DNA from: Vicugna vicugna
Taxonomy: Eukaryota
Reading direction: 5' to 3'
Length of the DNA stretch: 53,681 nucleotides
Assembly (NCBI GenBank): GCA_013265495.1
Contig: MU058676.1
Span: 1 to 53,681, forward strand
The notes under the pieces are model-generated. The model did not search any database and was not told the DNA's origin. It saw nothing but the letters and a program-made list of their open reading frames with translations. The position numbers and the translations under genes were made by a program. Below, one piece after another: positions 11,791 to 23,672 of the stretch (within the stretch, counting starts at the first letter, position 1; each line of letters begins with the position of its first letter).

Positions 11791-12274
11791 TCATGAGAAT
11801 GGAATCCACCTTTAAATGTATGACTCTGAGAATCAAAATGATGCTGCATGCTTTTTCCTGACTGCCCTTGGATGTGGCAGTCCCCACATTCCTCCCAGCA
11901 ATTTCACAGAATGGGAATGTATGACATAGAATTATGGGCTTACTGGACAGATGGCCCTAAAAGGGAGGGAAATGAGGAACCTCAAGGGAGTCAGTGAACT
12001 AGAAGAGGCTTACAACCCTGGTGAAGGGATGCTGGATGCTGCATCTGAAAAATAAAGATTTATAAAGAGTTCCTTACGTCTTTGTAGAAAACTCATAGAT
12101 TATGAATGCCCATGAAAACCATGTGTTCTGTCTCTCTCTAGACACACAATTGCTCTCAAATTTAACTTGTTCTTTAACTTGATCTATAAGGTTAATCACA
12201 AATTTCAGACAACATAATTTTTTGCTACTTCAATATGCTGAAAAATGGAACCATTAAGAATGTGTTTTCTCAAA

Positions 12275-13030
12275 ATTCATTTACTCATTCAACAAACATC
12301 CATGGAGAACTTAGGCACTATTTTAGGAGACACAGCAGTGCAAACAGTTCACCAAAGTCCTATTTTCATCAGATTTTTATTCTAATGTAACAAAGGAGAT
12401 AGATGATACAAAAACTAAAGTATATGTAGTGTGTGTGATATTAAGAGAAATAAAGGAGGAAAAAAGTTACAGTGTATGTGTGTGGGAGAGTAACAGTGGG
12501 GTCAGCAGACGGTGCCTTGCTGAGAATGTGCACGAGGGAGGGAAGCAAACTGTGCAGATATCCAAGGGGAGAGCATTGCAGGTCGGGGGAACAACACATG
12601 CAAAGACCGTAAGGCAGAGCACATCCAGCTTGTTTTTGGAATCATGAGACAGCTCTTAAGGCTGGGCTAGGATCAGCAAAGAGGAGAAATTTGAGCATGA
12701 AGAATTAGGAGAGGTAAAGAAGAGCATGGTTGGGGGGTAGAAAGTCTGGCAGCCTTTCTTTTCTGTACAAGACTTATACCACGTAAAAGTGATTTGAGTG
12801 ACCTTTTTGATCAGTTACTTCTAGGATGGCACAGAGTTAATATATCTCCAGATACATTAAAAAAATTAGTAAAATTTACTATATACAGTGGATGCCTTAC
12901 AATAGCTCAGTTTGTTCAGGGAATTCTAGTTGAGAAATGTTGGGTTTCTAGGCCACGATGAGGTCTTGAATTTTACTGTGAGTTATATGGAGAGAGGAGT
13001 GATCTTCTCTGATGTACGTTTAAGTTCAAA
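12275..13030 (-). mobile_element. L2a LINE 3' portion
   Basis: TTCATTTACTCATTCAACAAACAT tail; GGGGAGAGCATTGCAGG..GAACAACACATGCAAAGACC; resumes TAGGCCACGATGAGG..TTGAATTTTACT after an insert. Confidence 0.85.
12750..12942. mobile_element. Probable hAT-Charlie-type MITE nested in L2
   Basis: Degenerate termini CAGCCTTTCT...TTGAGAAATGTTG; interrupts L2 continuity. Confidence 0.45.
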
Positions 13031-13189
13031 GTGGATGTTTGCTGGGGTAGAAACATTTCCCAAATCTCTTGTCATGTAGTTTAATACTCCCTACTAAGTG
13101 CAAAGACATCTGGTTTGCCTCACCTAAGTCCTGAATCCATCTCACAATGTTAAAGACAATTTCACTGACTGCGGTTCTGTGCATGGGAA

Positions 13190-13746
13190 CGTTCCCCCAC
13201 GGAGGGAAAGAGCCTTGGTTCTTGCCTTACCGGGAAGAGAAGAATTCAGATGGGAGGTGAAGGCGTTGTGTAACCAGCGTTTATCAGCAAAGTGAAAGTA
13301 CACTTTTGAGAGTTGAAGGTGACAACTGGTCCAAGAGAGGCTAGCAGTGACCTGCCTCCCCCAGTCCCTGTCTTGTGTGTGGTTGCCCAGGGACTGTCTT
13401 AAGCTAATTTGATGGTTGACATCATCTAAGTGGCATGTGTAGGTTATATTACCTTTCCTTGTTGCACGTGCCCTTCCCCACAAGGTGTACAGAAAAACCC
13501 CCGGGGGCCTAAACCACAATGCTAATTACATTCTACTTAATGTTGGGTCATGTCAGGTTGGGTCTTTCTCTTTACCGCACAGTCACAGCCTTCTGGGTTC
13601 TAAGCATCTCATTTGTTGCCACATATTTAGAGAGAGTAAAGCTCTTTGAAGCCCCTTATTCTGAGTGCCGGTATATCATTATCTTCTGAATTATTCCCTT
13701 CTTTTCCTACTCCCTTTGCCCAGTGCCCCTATCTAACTACCTAACA
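13190..13746 (-). mobile_element. ERV1-type solo LTR (557 bp), TSD GGAA
   Basis: Termini CGTT (from TGTT)...CTAACA, flanked by GGAA at 13186-13189 and 13747-13750; clearly homologous to the LTR at 52385-52981. Confidence 0.85.
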
Positions 13747-14019
13747 GGAATAAATTCAAAGAAACAAAAATATTATTAGAAGTCTTGATCTAAATAATTT
13801 GGGGTATGTATAGAAGCCATAATGGGTTTTATATAGTTATTTATTAATTTCTTGGGAATATGCGAGATTAAGGTTCTACATTTTAACTGTACTTTAGAAT
13901 GTCACGGATCTCATTTATGTATGTATGTATTTATTTATTTACTCACTAATGAATATTCACTGTGCTAATTTATAGTGTTGTACAAAATAGAAATGACTTC
14001 TATAGATGAGGCGGGGGGG

Positions 14020-14185
14020 AACTTGGTTCCAGCTCCTGGTTCCCACGTTTCCATGTTATGTTTCTGGTTGTTCATCCATATATATATTTTTTACATTTTG
14101 GGAATACCAGTCTAATTTAGTAACTTTACAGTTTTGCTTAAGCTAGCTTATAGTGGGTTATTTTCCCAACCCAAGTAAGCATCTT
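14020..14185 (+). mobile_element. MLT1J/K-like LTR 3' fragment
   Basis: TTTTGCTTAAGCTAGCTTATAGTGGGTT...CAACC resembles the MLT1 terminus. Confidence 0.5.
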
Positions 14186-14749
14186 TATGAAGACAGCTCT
14201 CAGCTACAGCTTTCATTCTTGCAGAGCAACAGCCTCACGTGACTGCTACTTGTCACACTGGGAAGACAACAAGGAGTTAACTGAGTGTATTATTGTCTTC
14301 AACCCATTTGTTCTAAAAGCAAGCTAATCCAATAATAAGCGAATTGATTTTGTGCTGTCATAAATTGCCATCAATTGCCCTCTTTGCTTTTGAGCTCTTC
14401 AGAGAGAAAATTTCTTTGAATGGATTCCAAATGTTGTTGGTTGGATTTTTCCACATCTTAAGAGCTTTCTAAGCATTCCAGTGGTGATCAGCTATCAGGC
14501 CATGGCAGTTTGTCATCATGAAGAAGGAAGACAAATTTTTAAAGGATTTAAATGACCCTGCCTTGTGCAGATCCACAGAAGTGTACCACCCACCACACAA
14601 TACTTGCCTGTTGTATTCACATTTGGTGTGATGACCACTTGGCTTACAAAATCCTGTTCTATTCAGCAAGGGTATTCTATTTCTGTACATCTTAAATTTT
14701 TCTACAGCCTTACATTCTGGAGACACTTTATTTTCCTAAAGTCTATGTT

Positions 14750-15118
14750 ATCAAGTTTTATTCTGTTTTCAATACATTTTACATGATAAAATTTGCTTGA
14801 TAAAAACTTCACAACCATGAGTCTGATCAATATTTGCAAAGTGAACACTCTTGTGTAGCCAAGCACCCAGATCAAGAAACAGAACATTGTGATTGCTCCT
14901 CCCTCCTTCTGTGTTCTTCACACTTTTAAATTCATTTTTCCTGTTTTTTAACTTCATATAAGGATGCACTTTTTACTTTGCACCATTTAGGTATACTCTT
15001 TTGTGTCTGGCCTCTGTCTCTCAATAATAGATTCATGAGACTCACACTAGTCATTTCATGTAGACATCATTTGTTTATTCTGATCACAATATAGTATTTC
15101 ATTGTATAAATATACTAT
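14750..15118 (-). mobile_element. L1ME-like 3' end
   Basis: AAAGTGAACACTCTTGTGTAGCCAAGCACCCAGATCAAGAAACAGAACATT...CTCTTTTGTGTCTGGC...ATAGTATTTCATTGTATAAATATAC. Confidence 0.85.
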
Positions 15119-15209
15119 CACATGATTTCAAATAATGAAATTGACACTAGATTATGAATCTGAGCAGGACACTGATGAAAGTAAATGGGACCGAAAATAT
15201 ACCACACTT

Positions 15210-15460
15210 CGCTGCAGGTCAGCTTTCCAGGAAAATGGCCTCAGAGGTGATTAGTGTTTAGGAAGCTTGCTGGAGTGTGTTCTCTCAAGCAACACCCATG
15301 TGAGAGAGGAAGGAAGCAGCAAGAGACCTCAGCCAGCCCCACCTAGGATGGCCCTGTAGAGTGGCCTTGATTGCTCTCAAGAGGCCTTTGTGGCCCCACA
15401 TCTACTAGAACTTAGATGCTCATGGCCTAGGCCTTGGGCCAAGCGGCCACTGCAGCACGG
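15210..15460 (-). mobile_element. LTR16-like ERVL LTR fragment
   Basis: CAACACCCATGTGAGAGAGGAAGGAAGCAG...CCTCAGCCAGCCCCAC...GGATGGCCCT..AGAGT...GGCCTTTG...CCTTGGGCCAAGCGGC. Confidence 0.7.
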
Positions 15461-16239
15461 TGCCCTCTATAGTCCTTGTCAAAGAAATAGTTCTAACCAA
15501 GAGCCCTTCATGTCCTCCCTAGTGTCAGGACTTTGGTAATGCAAATAAATATGAAGATAGAAGATTTAGGAAATATTAGAGCTCTTCTGACTTATGTAAC
15601 AAACAAACAAATAAAAACTTTAAATTGAGCTAAGAAAAAACTATTGAAAGAAATAGATAAAATTAAACAACTGTTTTGTAATGAATGCCATGCTCTCCTG
15701 TTTCCTGGGGGACTTCACAGTGTACTCTTTGGGCTTATGATGTAGGAAAAAGAAAGAAATCTAATCAAATTGCCCTACTTTCCATGCTGAATATACCTCC
15801 ACATCTGCTTTTCACGGTGGCAAAGAAGAATGGAAGAAAAAGATGGTACAGGGAAGAAAATGAGAAACAGTGTTTGTTGCCCACCTACTATGTCTAAGGC
15901 ACTCTAGGTATCATGTGTCTCCTATGTTGTGAAGGATTTATTGTTATCACTACTTGAAGGAAAAGGACAACCATACTATGGATTGACAGTTCATAGGTAT
16001 TACAAGTAAAACACTTGTATGTTCATCTAATTTCAGTTCATTATTCTTCCAGCCATAACACACATTCTCTCCATAAGATGGGAGAAAAAGAGCCTAAATG
16101 TAGGAGTAGAACACGTGAGCATCTTCCCTTACCTGCAACCAGATGTGCATAAATTAACTTTAAAGAACCAGGAGTTAACTTACATCATGTCTTTTCCCCC
16201 TGATTTTGTGTGTTATAAAACATATGTAGTACATCCACC

Positions 16240-16350
16240 CACTACCAAATAGACCCCATGATGACAGGGACGTCAGTCACTTCCCAATCCCCAGCACCTG
16301 AAGTCTGAATCCAGGCAGCTCAAAAAAATATTTGCTGATTGAATAAGTGC
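16240..16350 (+). mobile_element. L2 3' tail
   Basis: CCATGATGACAGGGAC...ATCCCCAGCACCTG...CTCAAAAAAATATTTGCTGATTGAAT. Confidence 0.65.
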
Positions 16351-17329
16351 ACTTATCAGTGTTCACAGTTCTGTGGAGCTGAAATATTAACTCATATGCA
16401 GTTGATTAAGCCAATCAGTTAGCAATAGATGTGAAATATGGTATTTATTTGTACAAACATAGAAAATAACTCAGGAGTTTCTCCATTTTCAGAAAATTGT
16501 GGAGTTGTAGCATCATCCAAGGTCACACACTTATGACTTAGGTTTTTTCCTATGTAAGGAACACTTTTAAAAATAGGAGGTAAACTCTCAGTTTCTTTCT
16601 GTCTTTCTCTGCTCTCTCATCTTTTCTCTTACTCCCTTTATCACATTTATGAAAAATGCAGTGGAAATAACTTCTGAGAGAATAAAACAGCAAAGGAATC
16701 AGAGACAGAGACTCTGAAACTGAAGGGGAGAGTGAGGACCGGTTGTGGTAACATTTCCAGGGGTGGTAGCCAACGGGTAGCAGCCAGCAAAGAATTTACA
16801 GTTAAAGCAGTGTGAGGAAAAGGCCCCATGTGAAGATGCTGGCTGTGAATTTTTGTTTTAAGCAGATGAAATAAATAATACATACCCTAAACAGGAGAGA
16901 ACAGAACTTAGAAAATCTCTTTGATGAAAGAAAAGAAGGAGCTGTGAAATTATGCTGCCTGGCACTTTGCTGTCGTGAGGTTTCTTTGCAGTGGGAAAGT
17001 AATTGAATCCCAAGGTCCTCCACTTTGGTGCATCTACAAAGACCTCATAAATGCCGGATTAATTTGCCTGCAGCCATTGCCATACAGTTAACAAAACTGA
17101 TGCCACTGATTCTCACTACCAGATCATCAGAAAGAACAGAAAATGGACCATTACTAAGAAAGAGTTTGATTAACTTTTCTTCTTTAGGGTTTAGAACAAG
17201 TTCAATAACTAGCTAGTCATTGTACCTACTAAGTCTTCTCATGCCTGGGAGCTGGAGATAGCTTACCACACCACTCCCTCCAAGCATTTCTCTAGCCAGT
17301 GCTCAGACCTGCTCAAAGTTGGAAATTAA

Positions 17330-17540
17330 CTGCAGCTTTGGACAGCTCAGTGGGTTGAGGAGGGGTTACCTAATAATAGGTAGAAATCTGCTTTGTTGAA
17401 AGCAGTTAACTTCCTAATTCTAATTCTGTCTTCTAGAAAATTTATTCCATTTCCAAAAATAGTCTTTAAAGTAATCAGGGTCAGTTCTTTTTTAGGCTAA
17501 ATAGCTTAATATTCTTCAGTTGCTTCAACCATTCCAAGAA
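17330..17540 (-). mobile_element. L3/CR1-like remnant
   Basis: TTGGACAGCTC...AAATCTGC...CTAATTCTGTCTTCT...TTTTAGGCTAAATAGC..ATTCTTCA resembles the L3 reverse complement. Confidence 0.45.
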
Positions 17541-17578
17541 TAGTAAGAACTGCTCTATTCTGAAGAAAAGGCATCTAT

Positions 17579-18330
17579 TAAATGCTGGAGAGGCTGTGGA
17601 GAAAAGGGAAGCCTCCTACACTGCTGGTGGGAATGCAGTTTGGTGCAGCCATTATGGGAAACAGTATGGAGATTCTTTAAAAGACTAAAAATAGATTTAC
17701 CATATGACCCAGCAATCCCACTCCTGGGCATATATTCAGAAGGAAACCTACTCCAAAAATATCCCTGCACCCCAATATTCATAGCAGCACTATTTACAAT
17801 AGCGAAGACATGGAAACAGCCTAAATGTCCATCAACAGATGACTGGAAGAAGTTGTAGCATATTTACACAATGGAATACTATTCAGCTGTAAAAATGACA
17901 ACATAACGCCATTTGCAGCAACATGGATGTCCCTGGAGAATGTCATTCTACATGAAGTAAGCCAGAAAGAGAAAGAAAAATATCATATGATATCACTCAT
18001 ATGTGGAATCTAAAGAAAAGGGAAGAAGACAAATGAGCTTAAATATAAAACAGAAACAGACTCACAGACAGAATACAAATGTGTGGTTGCCAGGGGAGAG
18101 GGGGATTGGAAGGGACAGACTAGGAGTTAGAGATTTGTAGATACTGGCAGGTATTATGGAATAGATAAACAAGTTTATACTTTATAGCACAGGGAAATAT
18201 ATACAAGATCTTTTAGTAGCTCACAGTAAAAAAGAATATGAAAATGAATATAGGTATATTCATGTACGACTGAAAAATTCTGCTGTACACCAGAAATTGA
18301 CACATTATAAACTGAATATAACTCAATAAA
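17579..18330 (+). mobile_element. 5'-truncated, relatively young L1 (ORF2 C-terminus plus 3'UTR) with a 13-bp TSD
   Basis: ORF 17640-17858 gives [31 protein letters not shown]...[19 protein letters not shown] (L1 ORF2p C-terminus). Ends in AATAAA plus an A run. TSD AAAAGGCATCTAT (17566-17578) / AAAATGCATCTAT (18331-18343). Confidence 0.95.
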
Positions 18331-18509
18331 AAAATGCATCTATGAGCATCATTTTAAAATTGCGGCTCTCAGATCTAAATGCAGTGTCAGAGTTGGTCCA
18401 GGCAAGTTGTCCACACATCTTTTTGTTTATATGCCTCATAAAATGTTATTTACAATAACTGTTTGTCCCTTCACACATTTAAGTTGACACCTAATTTTAT
18501 CTTGGTCAT

Positions 18510-19045
18510 TGTGACTACTAAATTAACATTCTTAAGTAGCATCCCAGGGTGTCTGATGGTGAGTCAGAGTTCAACCAAGGCCCACAGAGAATTGAAATAG
18601 AGAAGTGTATTACTCACAGGTCCTAGAGGAAGCACATGACATGCCTCTAGGGACCTCACAGGGAGATCAAAGCAGCGTATAGGCAGAGAGAGGGGCAAAA
18701 GCTGGGGCACATGACTTTATTAATGTCTATGGATACAGTACATTAGAGTTTCCAGGCTAACACTGGATTGGCCAATTCACACCAAAAGGAGTGGGGTTTT
18801 TGTAAGCTCCTTGGGGGTCTTACCTAAGGAGTACACAAAGGGAAGACCCTGGGAATTGGAGGCACTGTTTATCACAAGAGTCACTGGGGAAGTCATATTG
18901 AGAACTTGCATTTACTGCAGGCTGTCATCTAAGGCATGTGCTTGCATGAGGGGCTAATGTCAGTTCAAGGCCCTCAAAGGCCACTTGGCCAAGCAAGTGG
19001 TTGCGGAGGCAACAAAACCATGGCATAGCTTCCTAGCTCTCTGTA
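18510..19045 (-). mobile_element. ERVL-type LTR (MER76/MER77-like)
   Basis: TGTGACTACTAAATTAACAT...GAAATAGAGAAGTGTATTACTCACAGGTCCT...GCACATGACTTTATT...CTGGATTGG. Confidence 0.7.
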
Positions 19046-19959
19046 TTATAAATTGTGGTGTTTAATTCCCAGCATGCTGTTTATATTGGTTAATTACAAC
19101 TTTCTTAAAACTTTGAGCTGTAGAATTCCCTCATTCCATTTATGGAAAATATTTACTGTATTAATCCAAAGGGAGGGAAAAAAAAAAAGCCAAACCTCCT
19201 TGGCCAACCAGTCAGCCAAATCAGAGTTATTTTCTGACTGACCATATCTGAGTTAATTTTTCAAAGCAGATAAATTTATCTCTATGCATATCCTTTTGAC
19301 AACTACCTCACCACTCAATTCTACCTAGAAAAGAGGTAGGTAGATAAGACTTAAAGTCTCACCATGCATTTATCACTTGGCTGAAATGAGACACTGCCTT
19401 TGGAGTATTTCTTACCTGAGTTCATTTTGCTTTGCTGGGTTGGGGATTCCTCTCAGGAGCTGTGTATTTTTGAATTATCCCTTTGTTTAGGGTCTGCAGG
19501 TTTTGCCTCTCAGGGTAGGGTCCCCCAGTAAATATCAGAATGTGTAGAGGAATAGGTCTTTCTGTTGAGTGTGTGTGTATGTGTGTCCAGATAAAGGGGT
19601 GCCTGTTCATCAGATTTCAGGATATAACAATACTCTATGGCAGTTTCCACGTGTGCTCTTACTAGATTAGATGAGAGGATGAATAAAGGAAAAAATTGGA
19701 AAATTGTCCTCCTATTCCTGCAACCTGGATAGTGGGGAAATGTCTCGTTGGTTCCATTTAGTGGAAACATTTTTTTCTTTGAATGCTTGGAAGTTTCACA
19801 TAGCAAGTCTTCAGTATTTCAGGAGCATGGATATATGTGCCTGGCTCTAAGATGCCAAATATGAACATGACACTTTCTTTCTTCTGAAGAAGCTTAATCT
19901 AGGGAGAAAGAAAGGGTTTTTCAAAGCTATTTTTCAGAATTAGGCCTTTGAAGAGACTG

Positions 19960-20172
19960 AGAGGATCATAGAAGCTGGAATAAGATGGATCTGAGTTCCT
20001 CTGTTTTGCTTGTCTGGGCTTCAGCTGTTTCTTTACATTTATGGGCTTCTATTTCTTCATACATAAAATGAGCTTAGTCAATATCTTGTTAAGTTGCTAT
20101 GAGGGTTAAATGAGTTAATGCATGTTAAGTTCCTGGAATGTAATATTAATGTGCTTGATTAATAGAAATTAC
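19960..20172 (+). mobile_element. MIR SINE (within an L2 remnant)
   Basis: TTTCTTCATACATAAAATGAG...GTTGCTATGAGGGTTAAATGAGTTAATGCATG. Confidence 0.75.
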
Positions 20173-21892
20173 CTAGAGCTATGATAGAGGTGTTGACCAT
20201 ACACTGTATGGGAAGTACTTCCCAATGTATTTCCCATCATTGGTCTCATACAAAATGACCATCTTTCTGTGGCCTGCTGGCATAAGAATCATCCAGCTGC
20301 CTCATGGGCTGATGGCATCTGTATCTGAGCATGCTTGTGACCTACCTGGGTCATACCAGAGTGCCATGGCACACTGGTAGGGAGGAAGTATACAGGAATA
20401 ATATATGGTAAATCTTTACTTGCCTCTGTGACACTCACAAGCATCTAGTTCCTTATTTCCAGACCCCCTGCCCCAGACTAGTATAACATTTTAGTAGAAT
20501 TCACCTGCCTGCACACCCATTAAACCATGGAAACAGTCCAGAGAAGTAGCTACAGCTGCCCTGCCCCTCCACTCTCCAGTCAACTCAGATTCTGCCGAAG
20601 ACATAACTCAGAGTAGAACCTGGGGAAAGGATGCCAGGGAATTTGGAGGCATATTGTCTGCTCACCCGCCTCCCTGGTGGCAAGCATCTTTCTGTAACTC
20701 ATTAAATGTGTTTGCTGAGAAGGGCTGCAGTGGGACATTTTATAGTTTTTCTTCTCATGACCTCTTCTTGCCACGTCCCCGCCACTTCTAAATACTTAGC
20801 TATTTCCCTAGGATTCTCACTACATTTTAACATCTTTTCTCTTTTTGGACCTCGTTTAACTATTCACATAACTATTTTTTCCACTGACTTTAAAAAAATG
20901 TAACGTCTGGTGGAATATGGGAAGATAATAACAGTTTAGTTGGTTGGGCAGTGTGTTTTCTGGGGAGGAAGAGGTAATAGGAAAAAAGATGAAATTAATA
21001 GGAAAAAAATCATGAAAATTTCAAAAGGCAAGATTCTATTTAACACAGGGGCTCCCATCCCTTTCTTACTAGCTTACTTACTTACTTACTAGCTCTTTTA
21101 AATCCTGAAGTCCTAACTTTTTGGATTCCTAGAAATTCAATTGAATTGTGACAGATAAACTGGGTTATCTTTCTATTGGGCCTTTAGTTTCATCACTGGA
21201 TCAGAAAGGCAGCCTGATTACAAACCATATCTTTCTGAATTTTTCTGCCTTCTTAAGGATTCAAATATAAAGAGCTCTCTCTCTCTCTCTTTTTTTTTTC
21301 TTATATCTGAACATTTAAGATTCAGGTAGTTTTTTATATAAAGAAATATTTAAAACCAGAACATCTTAGACAAGTATAAAAAAAAAAACCTGTTTTGACT
21401 CTTAAGGAAAACAAGAGTGTTAATCATCTCTTGAGATTAAAAATTCCCAAGTCTGAGTTTTAGCTAAGGATATTTTAAGCTATAACATCTTTGACTGACA
21501 CTGTAATAAGGCAAAAGCAAGGTGCAAGGCCTCACTCCATTTGCAAACTATATAACCTTCCAAATGTGTCCTAGAATTCTTAATATTAAAAGCATAGGAA
21601 TTGAAATATTCAGCCTCTTCTAATGTGGTGAGTAGGGGGTAGAGTTCACTTGACAAAAGAAATTTTTGATAATTTATATATTCTTTGACTTTTATGAAAA
21701 GTTACCATTTGGATGGAGCACACTGTTGATGCAAATTTTTGTGTTTAAGTAGGGAGTTTGGTCTCTCTCTCATTTTAGCTTTGCTATGAGTTGATACTGA
21801 CCAAAATTCCTCTTTTAAGGTAGATATGTTCAACTTGGTGATGTAAGTGAATCACCCCAGAGAAGTTCTGAATAAGATGGATGAAATCAACC

Positions 21893-22110
21893 AACAGTGG
21901 CATATCACAAGGGAGAAAGAGCTGGGCTCTGAAATCAGAAACATGAGATTTTAGCACAAACCCTGCTGGCAATGGGCAAGATCACTGCCATAGACTCAGT
22001 TTCTTCATCTATAAAACAGTGTGCATTAAAATATCTACTTCTTAGGATAATTAGAAACATTAAATTAATGTCTGGCCTACAAACAAGCACAGAAAATGTT
22101 AGCTATTATT
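21893..22110 (+). mobile_element. MIR SINE
   Basis: GGGCTCTGAAATCAGA...TGGGCAAGATCACT...CTCAGTTTCTTCATCTATAAAA...AAATGTTAGCTATTATT. Confidence 0.85.
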
Positions 22111-22312
22111 AGTCCAGCATTTAAGAAAGTACGTAGTACATGAGAAACCTAATGTAACTACAATACAGGGGAAATTATTTAACTTATGTAACATTCACTG
22201 GATACTTACTGTGAGCCAGACACTATTCTAAGCATTTTAATTTTATATATATTTGATTTATTGAATTAACTGAAAATGTATTGATCTATATTAACATGGT
22301 ATTTTTCTATCT

Positions 22313-22492
22313 GAGCTGTTCTTAAGTAAAGGTCTTTATGATGTTTTCAAGAAAAATACCAGCTCCTTGAAATGTATATAACTTTTCAATTATATGTACC
22401 TATACACATTTTTTTTTTCTGGAAAAGAAGGAGGCAAAAGAATCAAATTTCCAAAGATGTTCTACAAATCTCAAAGTGAATAAGAATTACTG
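22313..22492. mobile_element. MER103C-like hAT MITE
   Basis: Termini GAGCTGTTCTTAA...TAAGAATTACTG; internal CCTTGAAAT...CATTTTTTTTTTCTGGAA...ATCAAATTTCCAAAG. Confidence 0.6.
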
Positions 22493-23349
22493 ATACAAAT
22501 TATTGTTTCGATGCCACTTCCAACTGTGTAGAATAAGGTGCATGAAGCTCAGAAATGGTTCATTCACTCCTAAATGTTGTCAGTTGCCAGGTTTCTATGA
22601 GTAAAACCACAGAATATGCTAACTCATCTCTGAAGGTCTTTCTCTCATTGTAAGTAGGCTAGAACTCACTTAAGAATTTATTTCCCACATCGTCTTAAAT
22701 GTCTATACATAAAGTGGGGCTGTTTAGAAGAAAAGCAAAAGAAATCCTTCATTTTCCTAAGCATTTGCATTAAGAATGGAAAGATGTATCAAAAGCTATG
22801 ACAGGTCAATCCCATATGTTCCCCAATCCAGCTCTTCATCCTTGACCCTTGTCACAAGGAAACTTTGGGGAAGAACCTAGTGGTTGCTCACACAACTTTT
22901 TATCTCACACAGTTCTTGTCACATAGTAGCTGCTCAAGAATTATTTATTGAAGAAATGAATGACAAAATAAGCCCTTACATTTCAGTAAATCCTATATAA
23001 ATATCTGTATCAGTACATATTCTATATGGGGGAAATCAAGGACTTAAAATTTTATACTTAGTGTGTTGTTGATCAGAACCAATACCAACTAGAGAGAATT
23101 GAAATAGAGTTTTCAAGTTTTCACTTTTTTGAGGCCACTTATGGTTTTGGTCAGATATGTCTATCTGAATTTCTAAGTGGCCTGGTTTTAGCTAGTTTTT
23201 CCCACCTTCTAATGAAACCTGCTTCATCATTCATTTCTGATTTTCTTCATTGTAAGCATAAATAATCTATACAGAAATGTAAAAAGTAAAAATAAAAATC
23301 ACTTGAAATTCAGTGACTCTGATGTCATGACCTCTATGAACATTTAAAA

Positions 23350-23672
23350 AGTTGAGATATAATACTCATACCTTAGAATTCACCCTTTTAAAGTGTGCAA
23401 TTCACTGGGTTTTAGTATATTTATAGGGATGTGCAAACAGTCACCATTACATAATTCCAGAACATCTTCACCCACCTACAAAACTCTGTACCCATCAGTC
23501 TTCACTCCCCCATCTCCCTTCCCCCAGACTCTAGCAAATGCTAAGCTACTTTGTGTCTCTCTAGGTGTCCTATTTTGGAGACTCCATAGAAGTGAAATCA
23601 TAAAATATGTAGCCTTTGAGTCTGGCTTCTTTCTCTTAGCATAGTTTTTTCAAGGTTCACCCATGTTATAGC
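23350..23672 (-). mobile_element. L1MB7/8-like 3' end
   Basis: TTGAGATATAAT..AATTCACCCTTTTAAAGTGTGCAATTCA...TAATTCCAGAACAT...TTTTCAAGGTTCACCCATGTTATAGC. Confidence 0.9.

Noticed and set aside
12065..12200. Possible second MER103C-like MITE
   Set aside because: Similarity is too weak to support by eye.
13142..13519. 125-aa ORF on the minus strand
   Set aside because: It lies almost entirely within a solo LTR and has no gag, pol or env motifs.
17640..17858. 72-aa ORF as a host gene
   Set aside because: It is the L1 ORF2p C-terminus inside a truncated retrotransposon; the antisense ORFs 17555-17782 and 41229-41462 are also L1-derived.
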